Shown: one piece after another, positions 1 through 9,683 of the stretch
Position numbering within the stretch: the stretch's first letter is position 1
Layout of the letters: each line of letters begins with the position of its first letter
Source of the DNA: Candidatus Latescibacterota bacterium
GTDB lineage: Bacteria; Latescibacterota; UBA2968; UBA8231
Direction of reading: 5' to 3'
Length of the DNA: 64,000 bases
Assembly (NCBI GenBank): GCA_965223905.1
Contig: CBDCXV010000001.1
Coordinates: 1,056,001 to 1,120,000 of the forward strand
Notes under the pieces: model-generated
The model's database searches: none
What the model saw: the letters and a program-made list of their open reading frames with translations, nothing else
What the model was told of the DNA's origin: nothing
Made by a program: the position numbers and the translations under genes

Positions 1-1003
1 CGGCAATGACCTCGGCGGCCACCGCTCCTTCGTGGCTGGCGCTGTGGGCGAGCCCGGATCCGGTGACGTCGCCGATCGCGAAGATCGACGGCTCGCCGGT
101 GCGGCGCTGGTGATCGACCTCGACGCAGCCGCGGCCGTCGACCTTCACCCGGGTGTTCTCCAGCCCGAGGCCGTCCGAGTTGGGGGTGCGCCCGACGGCG
201 ACCAGGAGCTTGTCGTAGCTCTCTTCGAATGGCTCGCCTTCCCGGGGCTGAAAGGCGACGCTCAGGGCATCCCCCTCGGCACGCACCGAGCTTACCGTGG
301 TATCGACCAGAATTCGTTCGCACAGCTCTTCCAGGCGGTCGTGCAGCGGCTTGACGAGGTCGCGGTCCGCCGGGGGCACCAGCCCGGGCATCATTTCAAC
401 CACGGAGACCGCGGACCCGAGCGAAGCGTACACCGAGCCCAGCTCCACCCCGATGGCCCCGCCGCCGACGACCAGCAGCCGCCCCGGGATTTCCGCGAGT
501 TCGAGGGCGCTGGTCGAGTCCATGACGCGGTCGCCGCCCACGTCGAAAACCGGGAGGGTCGACGGGCGCGAACCGGTGGCGACAATGGCGTTTTCGAAAT
601 GAAGCTGCAGGCCGTCTTCACCGTCGGCATCTACGGAAAGAGTCCGACCGTCGACGAAGCGGGCCCGGCCGCGGATGAAGTTCACCTTGCGCGCCCTGAC
701 GAGCTGGCCGAGTCCGCCGGCCATCCTGGCGACGACGCGGTCCTTGAAGGCGTTGAGCCGTTTCAGGTCGATCTCCGGTTCGCCGAACTTAATCCCCCAT
801 GCCTCTGCCCCCCTGGCCTCGTTCAGCAGCTTGCAGACGTGCAGCAGGGCCTTGGACGGAATGCAGCCCCGGTAGAGGCAGACGCCCCCAGGCTTCGGGT
901 CCGGGTCGATCAGGGTGACGTCCAGTCCGAGGTCGGCGGCCTTGAAGGCGGCGACGTAGCCTCCGGGGCCGGCGCCGATTACGGCGAGCTGCGTTCTCGT
1001 CAC
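1..1003 (-). CDS. lpdA: Dihydrolipoyl dehydrogenase (E3), 3' end runs off window
   Basis: Hand translation from GTG at 1003: MTRTQLAVIGAGPGGYVAAFKAADLG...GGVCLYRGCIPSKALL (FAD GxGxxG and redox CxxxxC motifs); follows aceF. Confidence 0.95.
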   Translation of the reverse strand, partial: MTRTQLAVIGAGPGGYVAAFKAADLGLDVTLIDPDPKPGGVCLYRGCIPSKALLHVCKLLNEARGAEAWGIKFGEPEIDLKRLNAFKDRVVARMAGGLGQLVRARKVNFIRGRARFVDGRTLSVDADGEDGLQLHFENAIVATGSRPSTLPVFDVGGDRVMDSTSALELAEIPGRLLVVGGGAIGVELGSVYASLGSAVSVVEMMPGLVPPADRDLVKPLHDRLEELCERILVDTTVSSVRAEGDALSVAFQPREGEPFEESYDKLLVAVGRTPNSDGLGLENTRVKVDGRGCVEVDHQRRTGEPSIFAIGDVTGSGLAHSASHEGAVAAEVIA

Positions 1004-1019
1004 GGCAGGGACCGGGGGA

Positions 1020-2639
1020 CTACCCCTCGAGGGCGAGCAGAAAGGGGTTCTCGAGAGCGTCGCAGAACCAGCGCAGAAAGCGGGCTCCGTCGGCGCCGTC
1101 GATCAGGCGGTGGTCGTAGGACAGGGCCAGGGGCATCATCAGGCGAGGCGCGAATTCGCCGTCGACCAGCACCGGCTCCGGAGCGCTGCGGGCGATTCCC
1201 AGAATCGCCACCTCGGGGGCGTTGACGAGCGGGGTGAACGCAGTGCCGCCGATCCCCCCGAGGTTGCTGATCGTGAAGGTGCCGCCCTGCATCTCTTCGA
1301 TGCCGAGCTTGGCGGTACGCGCCCTTGCGGAAATCTCGGTCAGCTCGACAGACAGCTGCCGGATATTCTTGCGGTCGACATCGCGTACGACCGGCACCAG
1401 CAGCCCGCGTTCGGTATCCACGGCGACGCCGATGTTGATGTACTTCTTGTAGATCACTTCCTCGCTGCCGACGTCGATGCTGGCGTTGAAGGCCGGGAAC
1501 CTCGACAACGCCGCGGCCGCCACCTTCATGGCGATCGCCGTCGGCGTCAGCTTGCCGCCTGCCGCCTCGACCCCCTTGCCGTATTTCCTGCGCCAGGCCT
1601 CGAGGTCGGTGACGTCCGCCTTGTCGAACTGCGTGACGTGGGGGATGGTCCCCCAGGCGCTCGCCATGTGGCGGGCGGTGGCGCGGCGCACGTTGCTCAT
1701 CGGCTTGCGCTCGACGCCGCCCCACTTCGAGAAATCGGGAAGGGGAGCCGCCTCGGCTTGCCCGGCCGCGGCCGCGGGGGTGGCGGAGCGACGGCTGTTG
1801 AGGGCGCGCGCATGTGCCTTTACGTCGTCTGCGGAGATGCGGTCCCCGGGTCCCGTGCCCCGGACCTCGGCGATGTCGATCCCTATTTCCCGGGCCAGCC
1901 GGCGCACGGACGGGGCCGCGGGCACCAGCTTCGTGGGCGCCGGTGTATCGGTCCCGGTCGGCGCCGCGGGTGCGGGAGCAGGAGCGGGGGCCGGCGGCTC
2001 CTCCTCTGCCGGGGGGGAGGGAGCCGGTGCCGCAGGCGCGGCTTCCGGCGCGGAAGTGCGGCTTTCGACGGTGAGGACCAACTGCCCGACCGCAGCCTTG
2101 TCCCCTTCGCTCACGTGGACTGCGGTGACCTTGCCGGCGAGGGGGGAAGGCATCTCCACGACACCCTTGTCGATCTCGATCTCCAGCACCGGATCGTCGA
2201 TGGCGATGTCGCTGCCTGCCGAAACGAGCACGGCGACGATGTCCCCGCTCTCGATCCCCTCACCGAGCGCCGGCAGGGTTACCTCGACCGGGCGCGAAGC
2301 CGGCGCTTCCCCGCCAGCCGGGGCCGGTGGCTGTGCTGCCGGCGGGGCCGGAGATTCGGCCTTTCGCACCTCCGTTTCAGGCTCCTGCGCGCCGCCGCCG
2401 GATTGCCTTTCGACCGTCAGAATGACCTGGCCCACCGCCGCGGTATCCCCCTCGGACACCATGATCTCGGCAATGGTACCCCTTACAGAGGAGGGGACCT
2501 CTATGACCGCCTTGTCGGTCTCGAGCTCGATGACCGGCTGGTCCTCCTCGAGGGAGTCGCCGACGGAAACGAGGACATTGATTACCTCTCCCGCTTCGAT
2601 GTTTTCCCCGAGGTCGGGGAGCTTGAATTCGGTCGGCAT
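1020..2639 (-). CDS. aceF: Pyruvate dehydrogenase E2 (dihydrolipoamide acetyltransferase), two lipoyl domains
   Basis: Lipoyl motifs ETDKA and EIDKG, Pro/Ala linkers, PSVRRLARE E3-binding domain, DHRLIDG catalytic motif. Confidence 0.95.
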   Translation of the reverse strand: MPTEFKLPDLGENIEAGEVINVLVSVGDSLEEDQPVIELETDKAVIEVPSSVRGTIAEIMVSEGDTAAVGQVILTVERQSGGGAQEPETEVRKAESPAPPAAQPPAPAGGEAPASRPVEVTLPALGEGIESGDIVAVLVSAGSDIAIDDPVLEIEIDKGVVEMPSPLAGKVTAVHVSEGDKAAVGQLVLTVESRTSAPEAAPAAPAPSPPAEEEPPAPAPAPAPAAPTGTDTPAPTKLVPAAPSVRRLAREIGIDIAEVRGTGPGDRISADDVKAHARALNSRRSATPAAAAGQAEAAPLPDFSKWGGVERKPMSNVRRATARHMASAWGTIPHVTQFDKADVTDLEAWRRKYGKGVEAAGGKLTPTAIAMKVAAAALSRFPAFNASIDVGSEEVIYKKYINIGVAVDTERGLLVPVVRDVDRKNIRQLSVELTEISARARTAKLGIEEMQGGTFTISNLGGIGGTAFTPLVNAPEVAILGIARSAPEPVLVDGEFAPRLMMPLALSYDHRLIDGADGARFLRWFCDALENPFLLALEG

Positions 2640-2643
2640 CAGC

Positions 2644-5307
2644 TCACACGGTTACCGGGTTCGGTTTTTCCGGATCGATGCCGAGGTCCTTCATCGCCCT
2701 GGCAACCTCAAGCGCCTCGATCTCGCCCTCGTCGGCCAGGGCCTTCAGGGCCGACAGGACGATGTAGCGGGCGTCGACTTCGAAGAAGTCGCGCAGGGCC
2801 TGACGCCCCTCGCTGCGTCCGAAGCCGTCGGTGCCGAGCGAGACCGGCGGCCTCGGGAACCAGCGAGCGATCGATTCCGGCAGCGCCTTCACGTAGTCGG
2901 AGGCGAGGACGAACACCCCCTGTTCTCCCTCCAGGGCCTGTCTGACGTACGGGCAGCGCGGCTTTTCGGTGGGATGCATGCGATTCCACCGCTCCACCTC
3001 CAGGCCGTCGGTGTGAAGCTGCTTGAAGCTCGTGATGCTCCAGACGTCGGCGGCGACGCCGTACTTTTCTTCCAGTATCACCCCGGCTTCCAGCGCCATG
3101 TTGACGATCGCCCCGCTGGCGAGCAGGTGCGCCTTCTTCCTCGCCCCTTTCGCCGACGACTCCCGGAACTTGTACATGCCGCGAAGGATTCCGTCTTCGC
3201 AGCCGTCCGGCATCGGCGGCATCACGTAGGGCTCGTTCTCGACGGTCAGGTAGTAGAAGATGCTCTCCTGTTCTTCGTACATGCGGCGGATGCCCTCGCG
3301 GATCACCACCTCGAGCTCGTACCCGAAGGCGGCGTCGTAGCTGAGCAGATTCGGGACCGGATAGGATAGGAGCAGGCTGTTGCCGTCGCAGTGCTGCAGG
3401 CCTTCGCCGCTGAGGGTCGTGCGCCCGGCGGTGCCGCCGATCAGGAAACCGCGGCAGCGCATGTCCCCCGCCAGCCACACGAGGTCGCCGATGCGCTGGA
3501 GTCCGAACATCGAGTAGTAGATGAAGAACGGGATGGTGTTGATGCCGTGGGTCGAGTAGGCGGTACCGGCGGCGATGAAGGAGGAAATCGACCCCGCCTC
3601 GGTGATACCCTCCTCCAGCACCTGTCCGTCGGTGGCCTCCTTGTAATATGAAAGAGTATCGCGGTCCACCGGTTCGTACAGCTGTCCGACGTGCGAGTAG
3701 ATGCCGAACGGTCTGAACAGGGAGTCGAGGCCGAAGGTGCGCGCTTCATCGGGGATGATCGGGACGATCAGCCTGCCGATTTCCTTGTCGCGCATCAGCT
3801 TGGTGAGGATGCGCCCGAAGGCCATGGTGGTGGCGGTCTCGCGGCCCCCGCTGCCGTCCTTGAACTCCTGGAAGAACTGCGGCGGCGGCGTGGCCAGCGG
3901 CTCCGCCCTGACGGCGCGCCGCGGAAGCTGCCCCCCGAGCGCCTGGCGGCGCTCCCGCAGGTAGACGATCTCCGGGCTGTCGTCGGGAGGCCGGTAAAAC
4001 GGCGCCTCGGCGACCTCGTCGTCGGAGATAGGGATGCCGAAACGGGAGCGGAAATGCCGCAGCTCGTCCTCGTTGAGCTTCTTCTGCTGGTGGGTGATGT
4101 TCTTGCCTTCTCCCGCTTCGCCGAGGCCGTACCCCTTCACGGTCTTGGCGAGAATGACCGTGGGCGATCCGGTGTGCTCGACCGCGGCCTTGTAGGCGGC
4201 GTACACCTTTTCGGGGTCGTGGCCGCCCCGGCGCATGCGCACCAGCTGCTCGTCGGAGTGGTTCTCGACCATCTCCAGCAGGCGCGGGTGGACCCCGAAG
4301 AAGTGCTCGCGGATGAAGGAGCCGTCGGAAACCGTGTATTTCTGGTACTCGCCGTCGACGACCTCCCCCATGCGGGCGATCAGGGCCGGGTCGTCCTGCT
4401 CTAGCAGGGGATCCCAGTCGTCCCCCCAAATAACCTTGATGGCGTTCCAACCGGCCCCGCGGAACGCCGCTTCCAGCTCCTGGATGATCTTGCCGTTGCC
4501 CCGGACCGGACCGTCGAGCCGTTGCAGGTTGCAGTTGATCACCCAGATCAGGTTGTCGAGCTGTTCTCTCGAAGCCAGCGTGATGGCGCCGAGACATTCC
4601 GGCTCGTCGGTTTCCCCATCCCCGAGGAACGCCCACACCTTCGACTCGCGGGTGCTGGCCAGGCCGCGGTCCTGGAGGTACTTGTTGAAACGCGCCTGGT
4701 AGATCGACAGGATGGGGCCGAGGCCCATCGATACGGTCGGGAACTGCCAGAATTCCGGCATCAGCCAGGGGTGCGGGTAGGAGGACAGCCCGCCTCCGTC
4801 GCGCAGCTCGCGCCGGAAGTTTTCGAGGTGGCGCTCGCTCAGGCGGCCTTCGAGGAAGGCGCGGGCGTAGATCCCGGGGGTTGCATGCCCCTGGAAGTAA
4901 ACCTGGTCGCCGGAGAACCCCGGCCTGGGGGCGCGGAAAAAGTGGTTGAAGCCGACTTCGTAGAGGGTGGCGGCGGAGGCGTAGGTCGAGATATGACCGC
5001 CGGGTGCCGCCTTGTCGCGGTTGGCGCGCACGACCATCGCCATGGCGTTCCAGCGGATCAGGCTTTTCAGCCGCCGCTCGATCTCCCGGCTTCCCGGATA
5101 GTTCGGCTGCCTGGACCGGGGGATGGTGTTGACGTAGGGGGTGTTGGCAGTAAACGGAATTCCGGTACTCTCGGCCTTCGCCAGCAGCCTGTTCAGCAGC
5201 GCCTGGACCTCCTCGGGGCTGTACGTCGCCAGCACGTAGTCGAGCGATTCCAGCCACTCCTGCTGCTCGACTTCGAATCCCTCTCTGTATTCCTCTGCCT
5301 GGATCAT
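2644..5307 (-). CDS. aceE: Pyruvate dehydrogenase E1, homodimeric AceE type
   Basis: EWLESL N-terminus, SSYPHPWLMPEFWQFPTVSMGLG, GDGE TPP motif; ATG start chosen at MIQAEE. Confidence 0.95.
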   Translation of the reverse strand: MIQAEEYREGFEVEQQEWLESLDYVLATYSPEEVQALLNRLLAKAESTGIPFTANTPYVNTIPRSRQPNYPGSREIERRLKSLIRWNAMAMVVRANRDKAAPGGHISTYASAATLYEVGFNHFFRAPRPGFSGDQVYFQGHATPGIYARAFLEGRLSERHLENFRRELRDGGGLSSYPHPWLMPEFWQFPTVSMGLGPILSIYQARFNKYLQDRGLASTRESKVWAFLGDGETDEPECLGAITLASREQLDNLIWVINCNLQRLDGPVRGNGKIIQELEAAFRGAGWNAIKVIWGDDWDPLLEQDDPALIARMGEVVDGEYQKYTVSDGSFIREHFFGVHPRLLEMVENHSDEQLVRMRRGGHDPEKVYAAYKAAVEHTGSPTVILAKTVKGYGLGEAGEGKNITHQQKKLNEDELRHFRSRFGIPISDDEVAEAPFYRPPDDSPEIVYLRERRQALGGQLPRRAVRAEPLATPPPQFFQEFKDGSGGRETATTMAFGRILTKLMRDKEIGRLIVPIIPDEARTFGLDSLFRPFGIYSHVGQLYEPVDRDTLSYYKEATDGQVLEEGITEAGSISSFIAAGTAYSTHGINTIPFFIYYSMFGLQRIGDLVWLAGDMRCRGFLIGGTAGRTTLSGEGLQHCDGNSLLLSYPVPNLLSYDAAFGYELEVVIREGIRRMYEEQESIFYYLTVENEPYVMPPMPDGCEDGILRGMYKFRESSAKGARKKAHLLASGAIVNMALEAGVILEEKYGVAADVWSITSFKQLHTDGLEVERWNRMHPTEKPRCPYVRQALEGEQGVFVLASDYVKALPESIARWFPRPPVSLGTDGFGRSEGRQALRDFFEVDARYIVLSALKALADEGEIEALEVARAMKDLGIDPEKPNPVTV

Positions 5308-5523
5308 CTCGAGGTTCACCTGGGCGGCGCAACCGATGGGTACGGTGGCCTGGCGCGACGCGTTTCCGCGCGCCACCGGGCCAGCCGGGAGCCTCTGCAT
5401 GGCTCGTGAGAACCACAGAATTTACGCGAATTCGGGATTACAACCAGTTGCGATTGCCCGGCTTACTGCCGAAAGCGACCTTCAAAAGGACAGCTCGACG
5501 CTCAACTTTAAGCTGCCATCGCA

Positions 5524-7302
5524 ATGCGACGACGACGCGATCCGATCATCTGGCCATGCCTGATCCTCTCCTTTCTGCTGCACCTGGTGGCGCTGAACTA
5601 CATCGCCTTGTCCTGGCGCGAGGCGGAAGAGGCCAAGGCGTTCAGGGCGAGGATCGCCAACATTCCTGCGAGGCGCTTCGAGCCCCAACGGATGCGCGTT
5701 CCGGAACCGAAACGGCTGCCCGAGTCGAGGATGGAATACCTGCGCCGGGAAGCCGAGCCGGAGGCTATGGCGGAGGAGGTCACCCGCACAGAGCTCGTGC
5801 CGCTGGCCCCGGAGGCGCCCGAAGTCGACATCGCCCTGCGGGAGATCGGTACCGGAGCGCCGCCCGAAACCCTCGCATTCGCCGAGGAGCGCATGCTTTC
5901 GCCTCACGAGTACGGCTGGGCTGACACGGCCGGGCGCAGCGAGGCTTTCGATCTGCTGCGTATGGAGGATCTCGCCCGGGCCGGGAAGGTTCCGGCCACC
6001 ATCATTCCCGACCTCCACAGCCGCAGGGACGCCAGGGGGTACATCAACATCCCGCGGCTGCAGCTGTACGGGGCCGGGGCCCGCGGCTTCGCTCTCGATG
6101 CCCTGGCTCGCTATACCCGCGACCGCACGAACATCCTCGTTCAGGTCGACAAGCACTGGCACAGCTATTTCGACTCGGAATCCCTCCTCGACGACCCGAT
6201 TCACTTCCTGTTCGAAGGTCTGGGAAACCCGGTAACCACTTCCGACTACCGGGTCCGCTTCGACGGCCAGGAGAAAGAGCTGCTCGCCAAGTACATGCGC
6301 GGCGGCGGGCTGCTTTATATCGAGGGCGGCTATCGCTTTCTGTCGGAAATGGCCGACACCCTGAAATCGGTCCTGGCCGGCGAGGGCGGCCTCGGCCCGG
6401 TCGGCGTCGAACACGACCTGTATCACTCTTTCTTCGACTTCGAAACCGGTTTCCCCGGGGAAGAGGCCAAGGACAGGTTGGTCGAGGCTTCTGAGGGATC
6501 GTGGTATTACCCCGGCGCGGCGCGAGGCGATGTGATGCCACCCGATATCCTGGAATCCGCTCTGCTCTCCGAGGTCGAAACCGCTCCCGGGCTGCCCACG
6601 CTAGGGCTCTGGGGGGTTCAGCTCGACGGACGTCTCGTTGCCATCCTCAGCGACATAGGCTTGGGGGAAAAGTGGGGCGGGATGTTCCAACTCCAGGAGG
6701 AGGAGGGGGAGGAACAGGACGACAGCGGGCCCTACCTCGAAGCAGGCATGAACATCCTGATGTACGTCCTGAGCCGCGAGGACGGCCTCACGCCGGTGCG
6801 CCCCCGCCCCGCCTGGGAAATCACTCGCCCGCGGATAGCCCCGCAGGAGGAAGCCCCGCTGGAGGTTGTCAGCCGGCTGGCCGCGGAGGAGACCGCCAGC
6901 CTCGACCAGCTGGCCGACCTCGACGGCTCCCTCGCCCTGCTGCAGTCGCCGCTGGGGGCTGCCGTCGCCGCTGGGGGTTTTGTCATCCGGCTCGGTGGAC
7001 GCTACACCATCTCCCTTCTGCGGGGGGGGGGAATCAACGGGATTCTCCTGCACAACGTCCCGGCAGGCAGCCACTGGGTCGAGATCGAGTACGGGGGGAA
7101 GGAGCGGGAAATAGAGGTGGCCGTCGAAGGGGGGCGGGTGACGACGGTGACCTTCGGCATCAGCCGGCTGGCCTTCGTCAGGCGCCTGCGGCTGAAGGAG
7201 CAGCCGGACCGCGTGCCGTTGATGGACTGGATGCTCGGTTTTTCCGACCTGGAAATCGAGGAGATGTTCCTCGCCGAAGACCGGGACAGCCTGCGCGACT
7301 GA
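5524..7302 (+). CDS. Membrane-anchored hypothetical protein with DUF4159-like domain and beta-rich C-terminal region
   Basis: N-terminal TM (LILSFLLHLVAL); KYMRGGGLLYIE, HDLYHSFFDF, GRLVAILSD and GMNILMY segments resemble DUF4159. Confidence 0.6.
   Translation: MRRRRDPIIWPCLILSFLLHLVALNYIALSWREAEEAKAFRARIANIPARRFEPQRMRVPEPKRLPESRMEYLRREAEPEAMAEEVTRTELVPLAPEAPEVDIALREIGTGAPPETLAFAEERMLSPHEYGWADTAGRSEAFDLLRMEDLARAGKVPATIIPDLHSRRDARGYINIPRLQLYGAGARGFALDALARYTRDRTNILVQVDKHWHSYFDSESLLDDPIHFLFEGLGNPVTTSDYRVRFDGQEKELLAKYMRGGGLLYIEGGYRFLSEMADTLKSVLAGEGGLGPVGVEHDLYHSFFDFETGFPGEEAKDRLVEASEGSWYYPGAARGDVMPPDILESALLSEVETAPGLPTLGLWGVQLDGRLVAILSDIGLGEKWGGMFQLQEEEGEEQDDSGPYLEAGMNILMYVLSREDGLTPVRPRPAWEITRPRIAPQEEAPLEVVSRLAAEETASLDQLADLDGSLALLQSPLGAAVAAGGFVIRLGGRYTISLLRGGGINGILLHNVPAGSHWVEIEYGGKEREIEVAVEGGRVTTVTFGISRLAFVRRLRLKEQPDRVPLMDWMLGFSDLEIEEMFLAEDRDSLRD
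7022..7031 (+). repeat. G10 homopolymer inside CDS
   Basis: ctgcGGGGGGGGGGaatc. Confidence 0.9.
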
Positions 7303-7326
7303 CCGGCGCAGGCCATGTCGTCAGGA

Positions 7327-8781
7327 CTACCTGTAGCGGGTAATCCTGCCCTCCTGCAGACGTTGCCAGTAATCCTGGAGACAGGCCTTGATTTGCGGAC
7401 TCAGGAGCACGCCGCCGAGGATGTTGGGGAAGGCCATGCCGAGGATCATCATGTCGGTGAATCCAATGATGTTGTCGAGAGCCGTCACGCTGCCGAGGAA
7501 GACGAAAAAAACGAAAATGAAGCGGAAGAGGATAACGGTGGCGGGGCCGAAGAGATACTCCCAGGCGCGTTCGCCGTAATACGACCAGGAGATCATCGTC
7601 GAGTAGGCAAACAGGGTGACGGCCAGGGCCAGAACGTAGCGCGCCCCGGGGATGAAGGACTCGAAGGCCGCCGCGGTCATGCGCGCCCCGACGATGGAGC
7701 CGCCGGAGGACTGGAACTGCGGATCCTGGTAGACGCCGGTCAGCAGGCAGACCAGCGCCGTCATCATGCAGATGACGATGGTGTCGATGAAGGGGCCGAT
7801 CATGGCGACGATCCCCTCCCGCGCCGCTTCGTTCGTCTTGGCAGCCGCGTGCGCGAAGGCCGCGGACCCGAGTCCGGCTTCGTTGGAGAAGGCCGCACGG
7901 CGAATGCCCCAGACCAGGGTGTAGATGAAGCCGCCGCCGACCGCACGCCCGGTGAAGGCGTCTTCGACGATCAGGGCGATCAGGCCCGGCAGCTCGCCGA
8001 TGTGGGCGAGGATGATGAACAGGGAAACGGCGACGTACAACAGGCACATGAACGGCACGATCCGCGAGGTGACGCGGCCGATGCGGCGGATGCCGCCGAT
8101 GATGACGAGGCCGACGAGGAGAGCCATGAGGAGGCCGACCGCCCAGTTGAATTCGCGAAACCCCGGGTGCACGGTTCCGAGCACCTCAAGCGTTTGGTTC
8201 GCCTGGAACATGTTGCCGCCTCCCAGGCTGCCGCCGATGGTCAGCACGGCGAAAAACACCGCCAGGGTACGTCCAAACTCCGGCCAGCCCTTGGCGCCGA
8301 GGCCCTGCTCCAGGTAGTACATCGGACCGCCGGCGATGCGGCCGTCGGGGCGGATGCGACGGTACATCACCGCCAAGGTGCAGGAGGCGAGCTTCGAGGC
8401 CATGCCGAAGAGGGCGGTGATCACCATCCAGAAAACGGCCCCCGGGCCGCCGACGCTGACGGCGATGGCCACTCCGGCGATGTTGCCGAGGCCGATCGTC
8501 GCCGACAGGGCGCTGGTCAGGGCCTGAAAGTGGGATATCTCCCCCGGGTCGGAGGGGTCGTCGTAGCGGCCGCGAATGACGTCGATGGAGTGGCGAAAGG
8601 CACGGATCGTCAGCCAGGAGAAGTAGAAGCTGTAGTAGATGCCGCCGAGTAGCAGGACGGCGACGATAAGGGGCAGGCCGCTGCCGAAATCGGCGAACAG
8701 AAAGAGGTCGAGGACCTCGACGATGCTGCCGAACAGGGCGTCGATGGCGGCGAGCTGCTCCTGAATCCAGGCGTTACTCAT
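7327..8781 (-). CDS. Alanine/glycine:cation symporter (AgcS/AlsT family)
   Basis: ALSATIGLGNIAGVAIAVSVGGPGAVFWM, AFSNEAGLGSA and FIDTIVIC motifs; multiple TM segments. Confidence 0.93.
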   Translation of the reverse strand: MSNAWIQEQLAAIDALFGSIVEVLDLFLFADFGSGLPLIVAVLLLGGIYYSFYFSWLTIRAFRHSIDVIRGRYDDPSDPGEISHFQALTSALSATIGLGNIAGVAIAVSVGGPGAVFWMVITALFGMASKLASCTLAVMYRRIRPDGRIAGGPMYYLEQGLGAKGWPEFGRTLAVFFAVLTIGGSLGGGNMFQANQTLEVLGTVHPGFREFNWAVGLLMALLVGLVIIGGIRRIGRVTSRIVPFMCLLYVAVSLFIILAHIGELPGLIALIVEDAFTGRAVGGGFIYTLVWGIRRAAFSNEAGLGSAAFAHAAAKTNEAAREGIVAMIGPFIDTIVICMMTALVCLLTGVYQDPQFQSSGGSIVGARMTAAAFESFIPGARYVLALAVTLFAYSTMISWSYYGERAWEYLFGPATVILFRFIFVFFVFLGSVTALDNIIGFTDMMILGMAFPNILGGVLLSPQIKACLQDYWQRLQEGRITRYR

Positions 8782-8966
8782 GGTCCAACCTTAACCATGG
8801 ACGAAGCTGATCACAAATCGGGGTATATCTCCGGGAATAGCAGGCCAGGGGGAGGGCGCCTGCAACCCGGTTGGCACGTTGAAAGGCACTGCCCTGCTCC
8901 GGCTGACCCTGGCTCCCGGTATGACTGCCAACGAGCTCCGGGGCCGGGAGAGGCAAGGCATCCACC

Positions 8967-9683
8967 TTAAGGGCTCCTTCCTTCAGCAGGCATCCATTCG
9001 GGCAACGCGCCCTCGATCCTGACGGCGAGCCGTTCCGGTCTGGCGGCGTCGGACTCGAGGGCGCGCTCGATCACGAGCAACGCCATCGGGTCGCGGGGCT
9101 GGCGCCCTTCCCGCATCGCCGCGAAGAAACGCAGGTTCTCGTCCTCGACCACGTCCGGTTCCGGTGAAGCTCCGCTGCAGATCAGCAGGCAGACCTCGAG
9201 GCCGCGGCCCTTCGCCGCCTCGAGGGTGAGAGCGGTGTGATTCAGCGTCCCGAGGCCGGGACGGGCGACGACGGCCAGGGCGGCGTTGAGGCGCAGGGCG
9301 AGGTCGGCGTAATCCCGCTTCTCATCGATCGGCACCAGGAGCCCCCCCGAGCCCTCCACCAGGGTGAGGTCGTGGGACGCGGCTACGGACTCGCACTGCC
9401 GCACCAGGGTCTCGAAATCGAGCCGCCGCCCGGCGCGGCGCGCCGCGATCAGGGGCGCCAGCGGCTCCGGGAAAGAGGCCAGCGTCCCCAGGGTCACGTC
9501 CATGCCATGGAGGGCGGCGCGATAGAAGGCCTCGTCGCCGTCGACCTCTGGATCGGCGCCGGTCTGGACCGCCTTTATCAGGGCAACCCTTCCCGCTTGC
9601 GACGCTTTCCACGCCAGCCAGGCGGAAGCGACCGTTTTGCCGACGCCAGTGTCGGTCCCGGTCACGAGAACGACCCTACCCAC
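8967..9683 (-). CDS. bioD: Dethiobiotin synthase
   Basis: TGTDTGVGKT P-loop, VEGSGG, GLGTLNHT. Confidence 0.93.
   Translation of the reverse strand: MGRVVLVTGTDTGVGKTVASAWLAWKASQAGRVALIKAVQTGADPEVDGDEAFYRAALHGMDVTLGTLASFPEPLAPLIAARRAGRRLDFETLVRQCESVAASHDLTLVEGSGGLLVPIDEKRDYADLALRLNAALAVVARPGLGTLNHTALTLEAAKGRGLEVCLLICSGASPEPDVVEDENLRFFAAMREGRQPRDPMALLVIERALESDAARPERLAVRIEGALPEWMPAEGRSP

Noticed and set aside
8782-8966. Glycine riboswitch or sigma54 promoter upstream of the alanine/glycine symporter
   Set aside because: No recognisable aptamer core; TGGCACG at ~8872 is on the wrong strand and lacks the -12 TTGC
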